Shown here piece after piece: positions 18,496-27,766 of a stretch of DNA of 64,000 nt. Each line of letters starts with the position of its first letter. Position 1 is the first letter of the stretch. Made by a program: the position numbers and the translations under genes. The notes beneath the pieces are model-generated. The model did not search any database. It was not told where the DNA came from and saw only the letters and a list, made by a program, of their open reading frames with translations. Source of the DNA: Verrucomicrobiia bacterium (GTDB lineage Bacteria > Verrucomicrobiota > Verrucomicrobiia > Limisphaerales > UBA1319); contig OY760937.1 in assembly GCA_963664225.1 (NCBI GenBank), forward strand, positions 3,680,001 to 3,744,000. Reading direction: 5' to 3'.

Positions 18496-19620
18496 ATGAT
18501 TCATGTGATTTTCACATTGGATTATGAGATCCACGGCAATGGGGAGGGGTCTCCTGACGAGCTGATGGTCGAACCGACCAGGCGAATGCTTGGCCAGTTT
18601 GATGAATATGGGGCCAGGCTTACGATTCTGGCTGATGTCGCCGAAATTCTGAAATTCAAGGAATTTCGCGGCGAGGCCGGACAGGACATATTCCATTATC
18701 GGAAGATCGAAGACCAATTACGAAAAGCCATACAGGGAGGTCACGATGTTCAACTGCATTTGCATCCCTCCTATTTTAATGCCCAATTTGAGGTTGACCG
18801 GTGGCGCATGGATTGGTCCGAATACGATTTTGCCACGCTGGATCCCGATCGGATGAGCGCCATGCTGCGGGCCGGCCGGGACTATCTGGAGAGCCTGCTT
18901 CAACCGATGGATGGCCGCTACCGTTGCAATGTATTTCGCGCGGCAAATTGGGCGGCTCAGCCATCCCCGAATGTCGTGCGAGCGTTGATCGACGCGGGGT
19001 TTGTTGTGGACACCAGCGTCTTCAAATACGGGCACAGAATCGGTCGGGTCAATTTCGATTATTCGAATGCGCCCAGCGCTATTTTGCCCTGGCGGGCCTC
19101 CGTAAAAGACATCTGTGTGGAGGATCCTGATGGCAAGTTATGGGAGTCACCCATCTATTGCGAGCAACGCTGGTTGGGGGCATTTTTGACGCTGAACCGC
19201 CTCTATCGCGTCTGGCAGAGTTACCGGCATAAGTTCCCAAAGTCGGACGGAGCGGGCAAGGCGACAACGTCCGCTGGAACTAATGGAGGCTATGGTAAAG
19301 CGCGGGCCTCCTTGAAGGACCGGCTTTTCAAGAACGCATGGAAGGCGGATTTCAACCAATGTTCGGGGCGGCAATTGGTGAAAACCTTGGAAAGGGTCGA
19401 GCGCACGTATGGCAATACCCGGGCGGAAGTTCCTTTCGTGCTCATTGGTCACTCCAAATTATTCACGCCATACAATCAAACATCGCTTGCGCCATTCTTA
19501 AAACACGTTGAAGCGCATCCTCAGAAGTATTGCTTTAGTCGGTTTAAGGACATGCATTGGGAAAACGGATCAAAGGAAATCGCGCAGACAACAGGGACGA
19601 CGACTTTATCACATGGTTGA
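18496..19620 (+). CDS. Polysaccharide deacetylase-like protein
   Basis: FTLDYE, GHDVQLHLHP, FRAANW, DTSV, LIGHSK CE4-like motifs. Confidence 0.72.
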   Translation: MIHVIFTLDYEIHGNGEGSPDELMVEPTRRMLGQFDEYGARLTILADVAEILKFKEFRGEAGQDIFHYRKIEDQLRKAIQGGHDVQLHLHPSYFNAQFEVDRWRMDWSEYDFATLDPDRMSAMLRAGRDYLESLLQPMDGRYRCNVFRAANWAAQPSPNVVRALIDAGFVVDTSVFKYGHRIGRVNFDYSNAPSAILPWRASVKDICVEDPDGKLWESPIYCEQRWLGAFLTLNRLYRVWQSYRHKFPKSDGAGKATTSAGTNGGYGKARASLKDRLFKNAWKADFNQCSGRQLVKTLERVERTYGNTRAEVPFVLIGHSKLFTPYNQTSLAPFLKHVEAHPQKYCFSRFKDMHWENGSKEIAQTTGTTTLSHG

Positions 19621-20593
19621 TCTGTCCATCATCATCGTCAACTACAAGACCCGGAGTTATCTGGAACCGTGCCTCGAATCGATCAAGGCATGTCGTCCAT
19701 CCGTGAGCCATGAGGTGATCGTGGTGGACAACGCCTCTTACGATGGCTCGAAAGAGATGATCGAGGCCAAATATCCGGATACAATCTATATCCAGTCAGA
19801 CGCGAACCTTGGGTTTGCAAAGGCGAACAACCTGGCCGGTAAGAGGGCCCTGGGGCGGGCTTTTCTGTTTCTGAATCCGGACACTCTGGTCCTGGGGACG
19901 GCGCTGGAAACGTTGTATGAGTCGTTACAGTCGGATCCTGCATCAGGGAGCGCCGGACCGGTATTGCTCAACAGCGACATGACGCTGCAGACCAGTTGCA
20001 TCCAGTCCTTTCCGACCATTGTCAATCAAGTTGCGGATTCCGAGTATCTGCGGCGCGCGTTTCCAAATTCCAGTTTGTGGGGATTTTCACACGCCAACAA
20101 GCCGGAGAAACTACCTTCGGAAGTGGATGTGATCTCGGGGGCTTGTTTGATGGTTCGAAAAGAGGTGTTCGAGGCGGTGGGAGGGTTTAGCGAAGACTAC
20201 TTCATGTATTACGAGGATACGGACCTTTGCTACAAGATTCGGAACAAAGGCTGGAAGAATATATTCGTTCCGCAGGCCAAAGTGGTTCATCACGGTGGCG
20301 GCAGCACCAAGGTGTCCAGCAGCACGTTCTCGGACGTGATGATGGCGGAATCGATGTGGCGTTTCTTCAACAAGACCAGGGGACGGACATATGGATGGGC
20401 GGGTCGCTGCGCGTTTGGCGCGGGCGCATTTGCGCGTTTATCGGTGTTGTCACTGGCCTGGCTGGCGCGCGGCAAAGGCGAACAACGGAAGCTGTTGACG
20501 AAGTCATTGGAGAAATGGCGCGCCTTGCTGCGCTGGTCCTTTGGCATGGAGCGCTGGGTGTTGCGATATTACTCCGGTGAGCGGCTGTCATGA
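19613..20593 (+). CDS. Glycosyltransferase family 2
   Basis: SIIIVNY, VVDNASYD, NLGFAKANN, LNPD, GACLMV, FMYYEDTD. Start at ATG 19613. Confidence 0.93.
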   Translation: MVDLSIIIVNYKTRSYLEPCLESIKACRPSVSHEVIVVDNASYDGSKEMIEAKYPDTIYIQSDANLGFAKANNLAGKRALGRAFLFLNPDTLVLGTALETLYESLQSDPASGSAGPVLLNSDMTLQTSCIQSFPTIVNQVADSEYLRRAFPNSSLWGFSHANKPEKLPSEVDVISGACLMVRKEVFEAVGGFSEDYFMYYEDTDLCYKIRNKGWKNIFVPQAKVVHHGGGSTKVSSSTFSDVMMAESMWRFFNKTRGRTYGWAGRCAFGAGAFARLSVLSLAWLARGKGEQRKLLTKSLEKWRALLRWSFGMERWVLRYYSGERLS

Positions 20594-21483
20594 ATCGTGA
20601 TTATGTAATAATTACGCCGGTCCGCAATGAGGAGCGAACCATTGGGACGACGATTGAAAGCGTTGCATACCAGACGGAGAAACCCAGGGAGTGGGTGATT
20701 GTCAGCGACGCATCGACGGATCAGACGGATGAAATTGTAAAGGTCTGGGCCTCCCGTCTTCCATTCATCCATTATCTGCGGCTGGAGAATCGACCCGACC
20801 GGATATTTTCCTCGGTGGTTTTTGCGATTGAAGCAGGGCTGGAGGCATTGCGCGCCAGGGATTATGGATTCATCGGCATACTCGATGGAGACATCCGCTT
20901 CGCTCCGGACTATTACATGCAAATTCTGGACCGATTTGAGCAGAACAAAAAACTTGGGCTTGCAGGTGGTTTGGTTCTCGATGTGATTGACGGGAAGCAT
21001 GTCATTCAGGCCCAATACTTGAAGGATGTTGCGGGGGCGGTTCAATTGTTTCGAAGGGAATGCTTCGAGGCGCTGGGTGGGTTGATCGCCATTCCCGAGG
21101 GCGGCTGGGATGCCATCACGTGCATTGGCGCCCGCATGAATGGATTTGAGACCCGGACTTTTGAGCACATAGTCGTGGACCACCTCAAGCCGCGGAACAG
21201 TGGCATGGGAGGCTGGCTGACACGCAAGTGGATCATGGGATCGCGAGATTACGCCCTGGGGTATCATCCAGTATTCGAGTTTTTCAAATGCTGCGGACGA
21301 ATGATGGAGTATCCCCCGGTCATCGGGTCGTTAACCTGGTGGCTATCCTTCGGATATGCGACAATTCTGGGGAAGAAGCGATTGTTGCCCGAGGCAGTGA
21401 AAAGTCAGGTTCGCAAGGAACAGATGGAACGCCTGCGGGAGAAGTTTGGAATGGGTCCGACCGCAAAGGCTAATGCCCGGTGA
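20590..21483 (+). CDS. Glycosyltransferase family 2
   Basis: ITPVRNEE, VSDASTD, LDGD, GGWD. Confidence 0.92.
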   Translation: MNRDYVIITPVRNEERTIGTTIESVAYQTEKPREWVIVSDASTDQTDEIVKVWASRLPFIHYLRLENRPDRIFSSVVFAIEAGLEALRARDYGFIGILDGDIRFAPDYYMQILDRFEQNKKLGLAGGLVLDVIDGKHVIQAQYLKDVAGAVQLFRRECFEALGGLIAIPEGGWDAITCIGARMNGFETRTFEHIVVDHLKPRNSGMGGWLTRKWIMGSRDYALGYHPVFEFFKCCGRMMEYPPVIGSLTWWLSFGYATILGKKRLLPEAVKSQVRKEQMERLREKFGMGPTAKANAR

Positions 21484-21508
21484 TGCTGCTCGAAAATAAA
21501 GAAAACGG

Positions 21509-22906
21509 GTGAAGTATCTTTTATTAATCGGATTGTGCCTTCTGACCGTTCGATGCTACTCGAAGTCCTATATCCGAGGGCTTGCGATGGCCGGATTGCT
21601 GATCGTATGCGTGACCGATAAATTGCGGCTTGATATGCCGGGAGGTTTGCCTGAACTGACCATTCAGCGTTTGCTTCTGCTCATCAGCGTATATTATTGG
21701 CGTCGGGAAAAGCGTTATCGAATAAAGAATCCTGATCACGGAGTTATTAACACATTACTACTTAATATATTTCTGGTGTTCTTCTCAACCGTGTTTTCCA
21801 TCGCCCTGGATTTGAGTCTCAAAAGTATTATTTCTCTGGCCTTCGAGGAATACTTCTTTTTCTGGCTCGTTTATACGAGCATGCACAATGAAAAGGATAT
21901 ACTGCGGGTGTTTAAACATATTGGGTATGGACTGGGGATTGTCGCGGTGCTGGGTTTTATTGAGTATTACACGCAGTTCAATCCCGTTGATGAGTATATC
22001 GTGCAGGGCCCCAGACCTGATATGGGTCTGGCCTATGCCGGGTGGTATGATGTGTTGGGGACTTTCCCTCACCGAATTTTATTTGGCTACGCGATGGTTT
22101 GCGGGGCAATGATCACGTTCGGGTGTTACTTTTTGGAGAAAACCAAACTTCGACGCATAATGTGGCTGGTCCTCCTCGCGTTTTTTTCTGCAAGCACCTA
22201 TTTTTCAAACAGCCGTGGTCCATGGTTTGCGTTGCCCCTGGCTGTGGGTGTTATCGCGGTGTGGGGTAGTTCGCGAAGCCGGAAACTCATTTTATATCTT
22301 GGCCTGGCCATCATCATCGGACTTTTGATCAAGCCTGGCGTCCGGGAGACGATTTTCGAACTCGTCGGCGAGACTTTCCAGAAAGACACGCACAAGGGTG
22401 AATCGTATGAGTATCGCTGGCTGTGCTGGAGCGTTGCCTACAGAAAAATCGTCGAATCGCCTATCAGGGTTTTGTTTGGATACGGGGGCCTGTCCACGGA
22501 ACGAATGGACCTGCAAGACATGTTTGCGTTCGGAGGATCGACTTACAAGCTGGGCTATACAAGCTGGGACAACCAATACGCCGCGAACCTGATCGAATAT
22601 GGAATGCTGGGATTCATGGGGTTTAACCTGGTGTTTTTTGTCGTATGCACGAGACTGTTTGCCAGAAATTCACGATTAAGCCCTTCACTTGTCTGCGTAG
22701 TGACTTCGGCCAAAGCGATCATGGTTGTGTATCTGTTTCTCATGACAAATGTGTACAGCTTCAGTAATCAGTTGAAATACATGCTTTGGGGCATCATAGC
22801 GCTTGCCCTGGCCGCACCTCGAATGCGGGAGAAGGCGGCGATTGCGCCCGTAGAATTTGAGGTGACAGGGTTGCAGAGTGTAAAAGGTTCAAATGAGACC
22901 CTCTAA
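21509..22906 (+). CDS. O-antigen ligase / Wzy polymerase family membrane protein
   Basis: About 11-12 hydrophobic segments, SNSRGPW, periplasmic loop with YEYR..W, FGYG, DNQY...IEYGMLG; GTG start. Confidence 0.8.
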   Translation: MKYLLLIGLCLLTVRCYSKSYIRGLAMAGLLIVCVTDKLRLDMPGGLPELTIQRLLLLISVYYWRREKRYRIKNPDHGVINTLLLNIFLVFFSTVFSIALDLSLKSIISLAFEEYFFFWLVYTSMHNEKDILRVFKHIGYGLGIVAVLGFIEYYTQFNPVDEYIVQGPRPDMGLAYAGWYDVLGTFPHRILFGYAMVCGAMITFGCYFLEKTKLRRIMWLVLLAFFSASTYFSNSRGPWFALPLAVGVIAVWGSSRSRKLILYLGLAIIIGLLIKPGVRETIFELVGETFQKDTHKGESYEYRWLCWSVAYRKIVESPIRVLFGYGGLSTERMDLQDMFAFGGSTYKLGYTSWDNQYAANLIEYGMLGFMGFNLVFFVVCTRLFARNSRLSPSLVCVVTSAKAIMVVYLFLMTNVYSFSNQLKYMLWGIIALALAAPRMREKAAIAPVEFEVTGLQSVKGSNETL

Positions 22907-24518
22907 AATCTCTGTTCTTCAAAAAGGAGAACGAACGCGCATAACTCCGTTGCTTGAAGTTCTTGGGAAAATGCACCATGTGGAATGGCGTACATGCCGT
23001 GATTTGTCAGAACTAAGGGACGAGGACGCCGTCATCGCGCTGGATGCGGATGGAAAATGCCTCGATGGGCTGTCCGCCCGGGCGAAATCCGCACTGGTCT
23101 TCCCGGATCCTTCGCTGTGGAGTCACAGGAGGGATGTCGAGCGGTTCCAACTGGCGCCAAGCCCGGAAGCGCCCGCTGGGATGAGCGGCGCCTGGATGGG
23201 GGGGGCGCAGAAAACCAGGTCGGGGAATTGGGATCAGGATCTTTGCAGGCAGGTGGTGGCGCAGGATGCCGCAGGACCCATCTGGCTTCGGCGTCGTCAG
23301 GGTCAGGTGAGACTGGATGTTGCGATCGTGAGTTTCGAAGACACGGTGGCTTATGGCGTGTTTTCACCGGCAATGTGGCATGAACAGTTGTTGCAGTTGA
23401 TCATTTTCATCGATTTTGTGCGTGAGGTTGCCGGCGATTCCCAATGGACGAATCCGGCGCCTACGGCGTCTGTGATCTTTGACGATCCCAATTTGCACAG
23501 CATGCGCTATGGTTTCGTGGACTATGTGGAATTACTGGAGAGCATGCGCCGGTATCATTATCATGTTGCGGTGGCCACCATTCCGATCGATGCCTGGTAT
23601 GTTTCGCGGCGGGTGGCCGCTTTTTTTCGGGAACACCCCCGTGAATATTCTTTTTTGTATCACGGCAATGACCACATCAGCAACGAGTTGGCCAGAGACT
23701 GGACGCATGCGGAGCGAGCCGGGCTGGTCACGCAAGCGCTGCAAAGGATTGCCCGATATGAGGCTGCCCCCCATATCGAGGTGGAGAAGGTCATGGTGGC
23801 GCCTCATGGCGCGTGCAGCGATGCGATGTTGCGGGAACTCGCCGTGCATGATTTTCAAGGCGCGTGCATTTCCTGGGGTTCTTTAAATTATCACAATGGT
23901 GAAATGCCCTGGGCTAAGGAACTGGGGATCAAAAACACGGAAGTTATCCACGAATTGCCAGTGTTATCGCGCACTGCGTTTGAAGGGGTTGATGAAAAGA
24001 GCATTCGTCTGGCGCTGTTTCTGCACCAACCGATCATCCTCCGTGGGCACCATAACGATCTAAGAAAGGGGCTGGGAGATCTGGAAGAAAAAGTCCGCCT
24101 GGTCAATGAATTGGCGCATCCACGATGGGATTCCATCGGGCAAATCATGAAATCGAATTACAGGACGCGTCTGCGCAACGAACGCCTGGAAGTTCGTCCT
24201 TATGCGCGATGCGTTGAAGTGGAGGTCCCTTCTGAATGCGCGACGGTCGCGGTGGATGATATCCAAAGCGGTTTTGGCGTTTGGGACCAGAATTTGGGCG
24301 ACTGGATTTGTCAGGAAACCCGAATCAAGGCTCAGTGCGAATCAGGCCCAGAGCATGGCTGCGGTTTGCACGCCGGTGGCAGAGTCACCATTCGACGAAA
24401 GAATCTCCTGGCGCAAGAAAATAGTGGTTTTATGAGAAAATGGCCGGCATTGTGGCCGCTAACGCGCCGTTTCTTAACGGAGACTCGGGATCGTGTGGCA
24501 CCTTATGTGCGCCGATGA
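22893..24518 (+). CDS. Hypothetical protein with a central CE4/deacetylase-like domain
   Basis: IFDDPNL, ATIPID, HGNDH...E, VAPHG, RGHH; start overlaps the wzy-like stop. Confidence 0.6.
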   Translation: MRPSKISVLQKGERTRITPLLEVLGKMHHVEWRTCRDLSELRDEDAVIALDADGKCLDGLSARAKSALVFPDPSLWSHRRDVERFQLAPSPEAPAGMSGAWMGGAQKTRSGNWDQDLCRQVVAQDAAGPIWLRRRQGQVRLDVAIVSFEDTVAYGVFSPAMWHEQLLQLIIFIDFVREVAGDSQWTNPAPTASVIFDDPNLHSMRYGFVDYVELLESMRRYHYHVAVATIPIDAWYVSRRVAAFFREHPREYSFLYHGNDHISNELARDWTHAERAGLVTQALQRIARYEAAPHIEVEKVMVAPHGACSDAMLRELAVHDFQGACISWGSLNYHNGEMPWAKELGIKNTEVIHELPVLSRTAFEGVDEKSIRLALFLHQPIILRGHHNDLRKGLGDLEEKVRLVNELAHPRWDSIGQIMKSNYRTRLRNERLEVRPYARCVEVEVPSECATVAVDDIQSGFGVWDQNLGDWICQETRIKAQCESGPEHGCGLHAGGRVTIRRKNLLAQENSGFMRKWPALWPLTRRFLTETRDRVAPYVRR

Positions 24519-24540
24519 ATTGATTTCTGGCAATCGACAA

Positions 24541-25896
24541 ATGATTCCAACCGAAGAGATGGACACTGGAACCGCCCGGAAGGTGTTGCTTTTGGGGGCG
24601 GGATTTGACACTCAGAATCTGGGGGTTGAAGCCCTAGCAATCGGCACGCTCCAAATCATCAACACGCATTATCCCGTTGCGCAAGTCGAGTTGTTGGAAT
24701 ATGGGAAAACCAGCCAACAATACTCGATTGAGGTCAATGGAAGCAGAATTGAGATAACCACCCTAAACATTCGTTTTTCAAACAATATAACGTTACAGAA
24801 TCATATTATTTGCTTGATCCTGTGTGGGATTGTGGTTCGAATGTTTCCGTCTTTCAGAATCCGATTGAGAAAATGGAATCCATATTACCATGCAATTGAC
24901 GACAGCGCGGCTGCGTTCTCGATTGCAGGAGGAGACAGCTTTAGCGACATCTACGGGTTGGAGAGGTATTTCTATGTCACTCTGCCTCAACTGTTGATGG
25001 TGATCATGAGGAAACCCCTGCATCTGCTTCCTCAGACTTTTGGGCCCTACCGAACATGGATTTCCCGCGTGGTGACAAAATATTTATTAAGAAAAGCCGA
25101 ATCGGTCCACGGTCGGGATCATCCAAGCATTGCTCGTATAAAAAAACTAATGGGGCCAAAGACACGGGATATAGGTTTTTGCCATGATGTGGCCTTTGGA
25201 TTGAGACCGGAAAAAATGGCCGATACTTGCTGCCAGGCCGACCTGGCTGGAGGACCGATGGTCGGGCTCAATGTGAGCGGGCTGCTTTATTTCAGAAAGG
25301 CAAACCGCTTTGACTTGAAGTGCGATTATCGTCAATTGGTGGAGATGGTCCTGGATTATTTCTGCGGAACGTTGGGTCGGAGGGTTTTGCTGATGCCGCA
25401 TGTCATAACCACAGAGGAAGACTCGGAAAGCGATGTGCGGGCGAATGCGGCTTTGATGCAGCAATTTAATGCGAGATATGGGAATCGACTGATCACTGCG
25501 GAAGGCATTACAAACGCGGCCCGCGCCAAAGCGGTAATTGGACGGTGTGATTTCTTTTTAGGCAGCCGGATGCATGCGTGCATTGGGGCGTTATCTCAGG
25601 GCATTCCGGCGATCGGTCTGGCCTACAGCGGTAAATTTGCAGGTCTGTTTGCAACGGTTGGGGTCGAATCCCTGGCGTTGGACATGACACAACTTGCGGA
25701 GGCTGAACTTATTAAACAAATCGCCGCAATATACGAGCAACGGGCGAAGTGGGGTGATGTTTTGCAATGCGAATTGCCGCAGGTGGAACGAACTTACGAG
25801 CGAATGGCGGCATCTTGGAAGGGCGGCATGCTTTCTGCTGAAGTGGCGGGCAGTTGGCATGTTTCGGCGGCGTTGCCAAAAAGCAGTTCGAAATGA
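24541..25896 (+). CDS. Polysaccharide pyruvyl transferase (WcaK/CsaB family)
   Basis: NLGVEAL, GGDSFSDIYG, LPQTFGP, DVAF, GSRMHACIGA...GIPAIGLAYS.K. Confidence 0.9.
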   Translation: MIPTEEMDTGTARKVLLLGAGFDTQNLGVEALAIGTLQIINTHYPVAQVELLEYGKTSQQYSIEVNGSRIEITTLNIRFSNNITLQNHIICLILCGIVVRMFPSFRIRLRKWNPYYHAIDDSAAAFSIAGGDSFSDIYGLERYFYVTLPQLLMVIMRKPLHLLPQTFGPYRTWISRVVTKYLLRKAESVHGRDHPSIARIKKLMGPKTRDIGFCHDVAFGLRPEKMADTCCQADLAGGPMVGLNVSGLLYFRKANRFDLKCDYRQLVEMVLDYFCGTLGRRVLLMPHVITTEEDSESDVRANAALMQQFNARYGNRLITAEGITNAARAKAVIGRCDFFLGSRMHACIGALSQGIPAIGLAYSGKFAGLFATVGVESLALDMTQLAEAELIKQIAAIYEQRAKWGDVLQCELPQVERTYERMAASWKGGMLSAEVAGSWHVSAALPKSSSK

Positions 25897-25983
25897 TGGT
25901 TCGGACATGTTTTAACAAAACGTCGAATTAATGATAGAGTCGCCTGGAAGGTCTCAGGCGGTTGCAGAGAAAAGGAAAATTTT

Positions 25984-27465
25984 ATGCGAAGACTGGTATT
26001 CGCAATGAGTTATTGTTTTTTGTGGTTGGTTTCACAAGCTGTAAGCGCCCAAGGCGCGTCATGGTATGTGGATAACGTGGCAGCCGGGGCGGGCACGGGC
26101 AAATCCTGGACGGATGCCTGGAGCAGCTTCGCCAACGTCAGGTGGGGGACAGGCGGTGTCACCGCTGGAGACACCCTGTATATCAGCGGGGGCAGCAGCA
26201 GCAAGACCTACACCCAGAGCCTCAATGTCGGGGCGGGTGGCCAGGCGGGCAATCCACTGTATATTCGCGTCGGACAGGACGCCGGACATAATGGCCGCGT
26301 GGTGTTTAGCAATTCGTCGATCAAATGCAGCGACTATCAGTATTTGTATGTGAGCGGCCAATACCAATCATCGACCAATTTATATTTTAACGATATCACC
26401 ACGGGTACGGAATACACACCGGCAATCGGCGGTTCTGGCGGCGGACATGTGGTGGAATATGTCATCGTTAACAACACCATGGCCGGGATTACCTTTGGCA
26501 ATGGCCTCACTGCGCCTACGATCGTCAGGAATTGCGCCATCTATGGCGTTCGTGGCAAGGTCGGCATCTCCCTCCGCGGCGAGATGGCCGTCGGTCAGTG
26601 GGACAAATACGTAATTCAGAATTGTTTTGTGCAGGGCATCAGCTCTGGCGCCGCCGGACCCGACTTGATCCACGTAAATGCTGGCTCCACAGTGGCGAGC
26701 AATTATTTCACTTATCTGGCGGGGACTCCCAGCACCGACGAGCATCCTGACATGATCCAAGCCATGGGCCCGAAATATGTGAAGGTGTGCAACAATGTTT
26801 TCGATAGCCCCACGGATTCATGCGTGGACTTGGACTTGTGGTACAGTGGATCAGACACGACGATGACCAATGTGTATTTGTTCAACAATCTCGTGAAATC
26901 CACGAAGGGAAGTTACCTGGGCTGGCAGGGATTTCGTATCTATCATTCAAGCGGCGCCATTACCCGGATTCAGGGCTTGAAAATCTTTAACAACACATTG
27001 ACCGATCTGGGCAACCGGACAATCGGAGTGTTTTATACTGGTGGATCCACGGTCGTCAAGGACTGCGAGATCAGAAACAACATCCTGGCCAACACAACGG
27101 GAATCAGTATTGAAGCGAACACCGGCTATAAGGCATCCGATTGGAACGTGGACTACAACGTGATTGCGGCCGGACCATCGGGGAACAGTACCTGCGTGGT
27201 GGCGGGGGCCCCTTATGTGCAGGCTCACGGTTCGACAGCCATGCCGGTGTTCAACAGTTACACGCAGAACTCGCCGGGCAATGACTTGCGTCTGTCGCAA
27301 TCCGACTCTGTGGCCCGGGCCGCGGGTGTTGATTTGTCGGCATACACGCAGACGGATATCTCGGGAAGCATTCGCCCCAGTGGATCGGCATGGGATATTG
27401 GGGCCTATACGGGCTCGCCATCGGCGCTACGTCCGCCAACCCGCCTCATGATTGTCAATCAGTAG
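25984..27465 (+). CDS. Secreted right-handed beta-helix protein (pectin-lyase-like fold)
   Basis: Sec signal ending AVSA, YVD...G.SW.DAW, AGDTLYISGG, many Asn-stack repeats (I.NN), HPDMIQ, C-terminal WDIGAY. Confidence 0.8.
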   Translation: MRRLVFAMSYCFLWLVSQAVSAQGASWYVDNVAAGAGTGKSWTDAWSSFANVRWGTGGVTAGDTLYISGGSSSKTYTQSLNVGAGGQAGNPLYIRVGQDAGHNGRVVFSNSSIKCSDYQYLYVSGQYQSSTNLYFNDITTGTEYTPAIGGSGGGHVVEYVIVNNTMAGITFGNGLTAPTIVRNCAIYGVRGKVGISLRGEMAVGQWDKYVIQNCFVQGISSGAAGPDLIHVNAGSTVASNYFTYLAGTPSTDEHPDMIQAMGPKYVKVCNNVFDSPTDSCVDLDLWYSGSDTTMTNVYLFNNLVKSTKGSYLGWQGFRIYHSSGAITRIQGLKIFNNTLTDLGNRTIGVFYTGGSTVVKDCEIRNNILANTTGISIEANTGYKASDWNVDYNVIAAGPSGNSTCVVAGAPYVQAHGSTAMPVFNSYTQNSPGNDLRLSQSDSVARAAGVDLSAYTQTDISGSIRPSGSAWDIGAYTGSPSALRPPTRLMIVNQ

Positions 27466-27496
27466 GACGACAAAGCAGATTCATTGCATTGAACGT

Positions 27497-27535
27497 GCCC
27501 GGCGGGAGAATTCCACTCCCGCCGGGTAATTTTTA
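27497..27535 (+). terminator. Intrinsic terminator inside the polysaccharide locus
   Basis: CCCGGCGGGAG / CTCCCGCCGGG 11-bp stem followed by TAATTTTT. Confidence 0.75.
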
Positions 27536-27766
27536 TGTTGGGAACGCCTGCGGCAAGAGGCGTTCTGGTTGCGGAACCGTGTTATGTTCTCCCGTGAGAA
27601 CCGCAATGCTCATCCCGCGTCTGTTTTGCGAGCAGCTCTTAGCGCCATCTGCTTGTTTCTGAGGAGGATTTGCAGCGCCGGCTTTGGGATTTATCCTTTG
27701 CCCTTTTCGCAAACCAAGTCATTCTTCACCGACTGAGTTCGTTTCTTTACGAGGCTCTGTTTAAAT

